DNA of 12,412 bases from NCBI GenBank assembly GCA_031409655.1, contig JANNXQ010000269.1, forward strand, positions 1 to 12,412. Direction: 5' to 3'. The notes beneath the pieces are model-generated. The model was not told the origin of the DNA. It ran no database searches and was given only the letters and a program-made list of their open reading frames with translations. This stretch comes from Chthoniobacteraceae bacterium (GTDB lineage: Bacteria; Verrucomicrobiota; Verrucomicrobiia; Chthoniobacterales; Chthoniobacteraceae). Below, piece after piece: positions 7,264 to 12,412 of the stretch. Each line of letters opens with the position of its first letter. Position 1 is the stretch's first letter. The translations under genes were made by a program, and so were the position numbers.

Positions 7264-10026
7264 ATGCTTCGCCATCGCGAAAAAGTCCTCGCCCACGCCG
7301 AACAGCACCTCTTCTCGCAGGGTAAGCTAAACTCCTCAGAGCTGCTCGAGCTCTACCGGAAGTTCCTGAAGATCGAGAACTACCGGCTGAAGCTGAAGCA
7401 TCATGCCGGCGGCGGCGGCCGGGAAGTCTGCGGCTTGCGCGCCAGCCTCGTGGATATCGTCCTGCGGCATCTGCTCACGGCGGCGCTCGGGGAGGATGGG
7501 AAAAAGAAAGCCCCTCGGCTCACTCTCGTGGCCATCGGCGGGTACGGACGCGGCGAGCTAAATCCCTGCAGCGACGTGGACCTGATGTTCCTGCACGGCG
7601 ATGCGCAGCGAAATCTCGGACCGCAGGTGAAGGAGATCGTCGAGCAGATCCTCTACATGCTCTGGGATGTCGGCTTCAAAGTCGGTCACTCCACGCGCTC
7701 CATTTCCGAGGCGATCAAGGAAGCGAATGAAAACATGCTTTCCAAGACCTCGCTCCTGGAGGCGCGCTTCATCGCCGGCGACTCGAAGCTCTTCGACGAA
7801 TTCCGGGCCGCCTTTTTGAAACGCTGCGTGGTCGGGCAGGAGGAAAAGTACATCGCCGACCGCCTAACCAACCAGACCGAGCGCCACGCGAAGTCCGGCC
7901 GCGTCGTCTATATGCAGGAGCCGAACATCAAGAACGGCTGCGGCGGTCTGCGCGATTACCAGAATCTGCTCTGGATCAGCTTCTTCAAGGAACGGGTGCA
8001 GACCACCGGCGAACTTGTGAAGAAAGGGCTGCTCAATGAAATGGAGCGCCGCGAACTGGACCGCGCCTACGACTTCCTGCTCCGCGTGCGCACCGAACTG
8101 CACTACCTGAACAAACGGTTGATCGACGTCATCGTCGGCAATCAGCAACTCCCGATCGCCAACAAACTCGGCTACAACCAGAAGAGCATCCTGCGCCGCA
8201 CCGAAGCGCTGATGCGCGACTACTACCAGCACGCGCGGAATATCTACCTGATGACGCAGCTCCTCTCGGAGCGCCTCAGCGTCGCCCCGCCCGCACCCGA
8301 GAAACCACCCGGCCTCCTCGGCTTCCTGCGCAAAGCCAGGCCCGCGAAAGCGGAACACTTCGACGGCTTCATCTCCCAAGGTGGACGCCTCTTTGCGGAG
8401 TCGCCGAATATCTTCAATCAGGATCCCCCGCGGATGATGCGGCTCTTCCAGCATCTCCAGTTGCGCGATCTGCGGATGAGCCCGGAGCTGGCGCAGCTCG
8501 TCCGCCGCCGGCTGCATCTCGTCGATCGCGTCTTCCAGTATTCCAAGTCCACGCGGGAGACCTTCCTCGCGATTTGCTCCCGCAAAGGTGAAGTGGGCGC
8601 GATCCTCAGGGCCATGCACCATGTCGATTTTCTCGGGCGCTATCTCCCGGAGTTCGGCCAGCTCACGGCCCTCGTGCAGCACGAGTTTTTCCACCGCTAC
8701 ACGGTCGATGAACACACCCTGGTCTGCATCGAAAAGCTCGATTCGCTGGTCGATACGAAGGAGGCCAAATTCAAGGACTACACCGCGCTTTTCCGGAAGC
8801 TCGAAGATCCCGTGGTGCTCTACCTCGCGCTCCTCCTGCACGACACCGGCAAGGCTTCCAGCGCCCGGAATCACGCCGAGGCCAGCGCGGTCTTCGCCGC
8901 GAAAGTCGCCCGCCGCCTGCAGCTCACGCCAGAGCAGCGTCGCTCGCTGCTCCTCCTCGTCGATCATCACATCACCCTCTCGAGCACCGCGCAGCGGCGC
9001 AACCTCGACGACGACGCGACCATTTCCGAGTTCGCGATCCTCGTAAAAAATCAGCCAAACCTGGACGCCCTGATGCTCCTCACGCTGGCCGATGGGCAGG
9101 GCACCGGAGACGAGAATTGGAGCGACTGGAAGGAGTCGCTCGTCTGGCACCTCTTCCGCAGCGTCTCACTCTATCTCGCGGATGGCGACGCCTTCTACCG
9201 CGAGCGCGCCGTCGAGCGGGCTGGACTGCACGGTGCCGTCTCGAAAAAACTTTCTGCCGAGTATCGGGAAGAGGTCGATGCGCACTTTGAGTACATGCCG
9301 GATCGCTATTTCCAGATGTACACCGCCGCGGAGATCGTCCAGCACATCGGCATCTTCCGCGATTTCCTCACGGCGCGCTGGAAGGACGATTCAAAAGTGC
9401 TCGCACCTGCCGTCCACTGGATCGCGCGCCCGGAGCGCGGCCATAGCGAATTCTGGTTTTGCGGCTGGGATCGCCATGAATTGCTCGCGCGCATCGCCGG
9501 TTCGCTCTCCACCGTGGGCCTGAATATCCTGAGCGCCGATGTCTTCACCCGCGCCGACAATCTCGTCCTGGATATCTTCCGCGTCTGCAGCACGAAGTTC
9601 GAAGCGGTGACCGACGAAAAGGACATCGCCGCCGTCGAGAAACGGCTCCGTCAATCGCTTGAGGCCACCGATTTCGACTTCGAGCCACTCCTCGTGAAAG
9701 CGCGCAAGAAGCACACTTTCCAGCTCGCGCAGGAACTCGATTTCCCGACCCGCATCGGCATCGATAACGATGCCCACCCCATCTACACCCTCGTGGACGT
9801 GCAGACGCCCGATCGCCTCGGCTTGCTCTACCACCTCCTCCGGGCCCTGGGTCAGACCGGAGTGCAAATCGCCCTCTCCCGCATCGCCACGGAAAAAGGT
9901 GCCGCCATCGACAGCTTCTACGTCACCGACGCCGAGGGGAAAAAGATCAAGAGCGAGACCGCGGTGCGCAAGCTGCAGAAGGCGCTGCACAAGGCCTCCG
10001 TGGAGGCGAAGGAGACGCCGAGCTAG
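7264..10026 (+). CDS. glnD: Bifunctional [protein-PII] uridylyltransferase / uridylyl-removing enzyme
   Basis: NTase motif 'AIGGYGRGELNPCSDVDL'; 'EPNIKNGCGGLRD'; 'FHRYTVDEHT'; HD motif 'LLLHDTGK' (8839-8844); 'LLTLAD'; two C-terminal ACT domains ('DRHELLARIAG...LNILSADVFT', 'DRLGLLY...IATEKGAAIDSFYV'). ATG 7264 is preferred over TTG 7198. Confidence 0.97.
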   Translation: MLRHREKVLAHAEQHLFSQGKLNSSELLELYRKFLKIENYRLKLKHHAGGGGREVCGLRASLVDIVLRHLLTAALGEDGKKKAPRLTLVAIGGYGRGELNPCSDVDLMFLHGDAQRNLGPQVKEIVEQILYMLWDVGFKVGHSTRSISEAIKEANENMLSKTSLLEARFIAGDSKLFDEFRAAFLKRCVVGQEEKYIADRLTNQTERHAKSGRVVYMQEPNIKNGCGGLRDYQNLLWISFFKERVQTTGELVKKGLLNEMERRELDRAYDFLLRVRTELHYLNKRLIDVIVGNQQLPIANKLGYNQKSILRRTEALMRDYYQHARNIYLMTQLLSERLSVAPPAPEKPPGLLGFLRKARPAKAEHFDGFISQGGRLFAESPNIFNQDPPRMMRLFQHLQLRDLRMSPELAQLVRRRLHLVDRVFQYSKSTRETFLAICSRKGEVGAILRAMHHVDFLGRYLPEFGQLTALVQHEFFHRYTVDEHTLVCIEKLDSLVDTKEAKFKDYTALFRKLEDPVVLYLALLLHDTGKASSARNHAEASAVFAAKVARRLQLTPEQRRSLLLLVDHHITLSSTAQRRNLDDDATISEFAILVKNQPNLDALMLLTLADGQGTGDENWSDWKESLVWHLFRSVSLYLADGDAFYRERAVERAGLHGAVSKKLSAEYREEVDAHFEYMPDRYFQMYTAAEIVQHIGIFRDFLTARWKDDSKVLAPAVHWIARPERGHSEFWFCGWDRHELLARIAGSLSTVGLNILSADVFTRADNLVLDIFRVCSTKFEAVTDEKDIAAVEKRLRQSLEATDFDFEPLLVKARKKHTFQLAQELDFPTRIGIDNDAHPIYTLVDVQTPDRLGLLYHLLRALGQTGVQIALSRIATEKGAAIDSFYVTDAEGKKIKSETAVRKLQKALHKASVEAKETPS

Positions 10027-10508
10027 TCGAGCTGCCGCAGGAAGCACTCCTGGAGGAAGCCGTAGAAGTGCATCTGGAAGAGGGCCATCGTCCGCGCATC
10101 GCTGACCAGTCGAAGGTGGGCATCCATGTCCTGCTCGGTAAAATCGTAGCGCGCCGCGATCGCCAGCCGCGCCTGGTTCAAGGCATGAATCCAGGCTTCG
10201 AGATTCTTCACCGGGAGGTGGAGCTTGTGTTCGCGGCGGCGATTGTCGGGCGGAAATTCAGCGAGATCGGCCTGGACGATGTCCAGGGCCCCCTGAAAAA
10301 GACGCGCGAGATCGGGCTCCACATATTCGTGCCAGTCACGATCCGCGTCCGGCTCCCGGCCCTCGGTCGGCGTGGAGAAAATGCGCGCCCGGGCCGCGTC
10401 GCTGTCGCCGGGATCGGCGCTGCTCACGATCTGGGTGAGCAGCTCGCAGCAGGTCCGGTCGAGCTTGGTGATGGCGATGGTGTCTTGATCGAGGCGGGAG
10501 ATCAGCAT
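10023..10508 (-). CDS. DUF2017-like protein (ClpS-associated, function unknown)
   Basis: 161-aa ORF from ATG 10508 with 'ARARIF..P', 'DW.EYVEPDL', 'EAW..ALNQARL.IA' and C-terminal 'YGFLQE.FL'. These resemble DUF2017 proteins, which lie directly downstream of clpS in Actinobacteria. Confidence 0.75.
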   Translation of the reverse strand: MLISRLDQDTIAITKLDRTCCELLTQIVSSADPGDSDAARARIFSTPTEGREPDADRDWHEYVEPDLARLFQGALDIVQADLAEFPPDNRRREHKLHLPVKNLEAWIHALNQARLAIAARYDFTEQDMDAHLRLVSDARTMALFQMHFYGFLQECFLRQLD

Positions 10509-10542
10509 GGAGCAACGGAATGGCCGACTGGCATCCCTTTTC

Positions 10543-10827
10543 CTAATCGCACTTCTCGATCGTGGCGAGGAGCAGATGCGCGTGGAGTTGCTGCACGTAG
10601 GTCTCGGCCTGCTCGCGCACCCCGGTCCACACGATGCTCCGCCCATTTTGATGCACCTCCATCATGTGCCGCTCCGCACGCTCGCGCGGATGCCCGAGCA
10701 CTGTCATAAAAATGCGCGTGACGTAGGTCATGAGGTTCACCGGGTCATTCTTGACGACGACATTCCACGGCTTGTCGGTCGCCTCTGCGGTCTTGCTCTC
10801 CTGCTCGATGGTGGGCGCTTGCGGCAT
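10543..10827 (-). CDS. clpS: ATP-dependent Clp protease adaptor ClpS
   Basis: 94 aa from ATG 10827: 'PWNVVVKNDPVNLMTYVTRIF..VLG...ERAERHMMEVHQNGRSIVWTG.REQAE......L.ATIEK'. The longer ORF-track N-terminus runs through an intergenic repeat and is unlikely to be real. Confidence 0.93.
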   Translation of the reverse strand: MPQAPTIEQESKTAEATDKPWNVVVKNDPVNLMTYVTRIFMTVLGHPRERAERHMMEVHQNGRSIVWTGVREQAETYVQQLHAHLLLATIEKCD

Positions 10828-10843
10828 GGGTTGGTTGTCGGGA

Positions 10844-10873
10844 ATTGTGAGCGCAGACCGCGCCGAACCGCAA
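10844..10873 (-). promoter_or_regulatory. Possible sigma70-type promoter for clpS-DUF2017
   Basis: On the minus strand: TTGCGG (10873-10868), an 18-nt spacer, CACAAT (10849-10844), 16 nt before the clpS ATG. Only a partial consensus match. Confidence 0.3.
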
Positions 10874-10925
10874 GCGCCCTGACGCCCCACGCCGCGCATC
10901 CGCCCGCGGATTCCTCGGATCTTTA

Positions 10926-11017
10926 GACCACGGATTTCACAGATGACACGGATGGGAGAAGAGCAACGGATGTCGCATCCCCTCCCCACATCTGTGAAAT
11001 CTGTGGCATCTGCGGTC
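10926..11017. repeat. Palindromic element built from 9-bp nnCACRGAT units
   Basis: Left arm ACCACGGAT TTCACAGAT GACACGGAT (10927-10953); right arm ATCTGTGAA ATCTGTGGC ATCTGCGGT (10990-11016). 10928-10945 matches the reverse complement of 10989-11006 at 17/18. Nested inner stems GGGAG/CTCCC and GGATG/CATCC. Confidence 0.85.
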
Positions 11018-11043
11018 GATCCCTCTGCGCCATCAAAGTGCCA

Positions 11044-12045
11044 TCAAGGCGCCGGAGCAGCCGGCGCCGCGGTAGGGGGAGCGAGGAGCGTTTCCAGTTC
11101 GCCGATCCACGTCGCGACGTCCGGATGCGTGGGGTTCCCTTTGATCAAGCCAAGCATCTCGACGGCCGCTTTGTTTTTCTGACCGATTGCCGCGTATTCG
11201 GAGGCGCGTTTCCAGAGGAGTTCAGGACGGCGCACCGTGTTGAATTTCGTCATTTCAAACTCCACCCGCCGGGCGCTCACCGCTTCCGCCTCGCGCTTGA
11301 GCTGCATGTCCCAGTATTCCAGCACGCGCGCATCCTTCTCCTCGCGCAAACCCGGCAGGACGATCTTCTGGAAGATGCCATCCACATCCCCTGGCTGCGC
11401 CTCCCACTTTTCGACCGCCACGAAATCCGCCACCTTCATCCACTGCACCACCGGACTCGAGGCCAGCGGACGCTTCAGTATCTGGTCGCACATCCGCTTC
11501 ACGGCTTGATCGTCGCCCACCTTCTCCTTGGCGCGCGCCTTCCCACCGGCGGCCGATTCCCGCTCTTTCTTGATCGCTTCGCCGAGCGCTTCCACCGCCA
11601 GATCCACGGCCCGTGCTTCCTTGGTATAAGCGATCACCTGCGGCAAAAGATCCTTCATCGCCACGCCGTTGGACCGCTGGAGAGTGAGTCCGAGCCAGAC
11701 AAAGAAGAGCCGTGCGGCCGCCTGCCCTTCCTTGCTCTTGAGCCCCTCACCGTCGTGCTCTTTCCACGCGCGGAATCCGGCAGTTTCCTTGGCCGCACCC
11801 TCAAATTGCGTCACCCGCACCGCCTCCTCCCAGAGCGCCGCCGCCCGTTCGCCGCTCGCCGCGCCGCCCGCCACTTGCTGGATGGCCGTCTGCTTCGCCG
11901 TCTTGAGCTGCGCGGTCTGAGCGGCGCGCAATTGCCGCAGCGTCGCGAGAATTTCCGCGGCATTCACCGGGGGCGCATCCTGCGCGTGGACCGGAAGGCT
12001 GGCGATGGAGAGGGCGAGAATGGTGCGGCGAATGGAGGGGAACAT
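11044..12045 (-). CDS. Exported alpha-helical hypothetical protein (333 aa), possible C-terminal TPR-like hairpin
   Basis: Sec-type signal MFPSIRRTILALSIASLPVHA|QD; Ala/Glu/Lys-rich helical composition; Pro/Ala tail; starts 12 nt after the ybeY stop codon. Confidence 0.85.
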   Translation of the reverse strand: MFPSIRRTILALSIASLPVHAQDAPPVNAAEILATLRQLRAAQTAQLKTAKQTAIQQVAGGAASGERAAALWEEAVRVTQFEGAAKETAGFRAWKEHDGEGLKSKEGQAAARLFFVWLGLTLQRSNGVAMKDLLPQVIAYTKEARAVDLAVEALGEAIKKERESAAGGKARAKEKVGDDQAVKRMCDQILKRPLASSPVVQWMKVADFVAVEKWEAQPGDVDGIFQKIVLPGLREEKDARVLEYWDMQLKREAEAVSARRVEFEMTKFNTVRRPELLWKRASEYAAIGQKNKAAVEMLGLIKGNPTHPDVATWIGELETLLAPPTAAPAAPAP

Positions 12046-12057
12046 ACGGGGTTGCGA

Positions 12058-12412
12058 TTAAGCGGCGGCGAGTCGGGCGAGGCAAGTTTTCATCACGCGA
12101 TCCTGCACCCGGTGCATGGCGGCATGATCCTGCGGCGTGCGGTCGTCGTAGCCATTCAGATGGAGCAGTCCGTGGATGATGTAGAGCGCCAGCTCGTGCT
12201 CGACAGTCTGGCCATACTGCGCGGCGTAAGCGCGCGCCGTCTCCGCGCTGATGACGATTTCCCCGTGCTCGAAAGTGATCACGTCCGTGGCGCCGGGGAT
12301 ATTCATGAATTGCCGATGCACCCGCGCGATCGTGCGATCGGAAACGATCGCCACCTCGACCTCCTCCAGCGCCCGGAGCGCCTGCCTGCCATCCGCGCAA
12401 TGCCGCAAACAT
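12058..12412 (-). CDS. ybeY: rRNA maturation endoribonuclease YbeY (5' end outside the window)
   Basis: 'VSD..I..VH.QFM...GATDVITF..GEIVIS.ETA', 'EL.LYIIHGLLHLNGYDD' and 'M...Q'. The reading frame stays open to the window edge. Confidence 0.93.
   Translation of the reverse strand, partial: CLRHCADGRQALRALEEVEVAIVSDRTIARVHRQFMNIPGATDVITFEHGEIVISAETARAYAAQYGQTVEHELALYIIHGLLHLNGYDDRTPQDHAAMHRVQDRVMKTCLARLAAA

Noticed and set aside
10068..10926. Plus-strand ORFs 10068-10709 and 10507-10926
   Set aside because: Antisense to clpS and the DUF2017-like gene, which carry the recognisable motifs.
10828..10989. N-terminal extension of ClpS in the ORF track (148 aa)
   Set aside because: It is a translation of the 9-bp repeat ('IRVICEIRG'). 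ATG 10827 gives a normal-sized ClpS.
10903..11017. CRISPR-like array
   Set aside because: Units are 9 bp, contiguous and inverted, with no unique spacers and no cas genes.

Overview
GC-rich bacterial chromosomal window; gene content, C-rich starts without Shine-Dalgarno motifs and repeat style suggest the PVC superphylum, probably Verrucomicrobiota (inference). From left to right: a tRNA(CAU) gene on the minus strand with a clear sigma70-type promoter; a ~125-bp REP/MITE-like inverted repeat; then a plus-strand run of a two-CxxCH Planctomycete-type cytochrome c (DUF1592 family), a translationally coupled 112-aa membrane protein, a Tat-exported DUF1552 (HXXSHH) protein, queA, pgi and glnD. This converges, with interlocked stop codons, on a minus-strand run of ybeY (5'-truncated), a secreted helical hypothetical protein, a 9-bp-periodic palindromic repeat, clpS and a DUF2017-like gene. 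No transposase, integrase, CRISPR array or defence gene is visible. The best candidates for uncharacterised biology are the DUF1592-membrane protein-DUF1552 periplasmic heme module (with an inserted CBM-like domain), the actinobacterial-type ClpS/DUF2017 pair with a shared motif on both sides of clpS, and two different intergenic palindromic elements. All family assignments are from motif recognition by eye; no searches were run.
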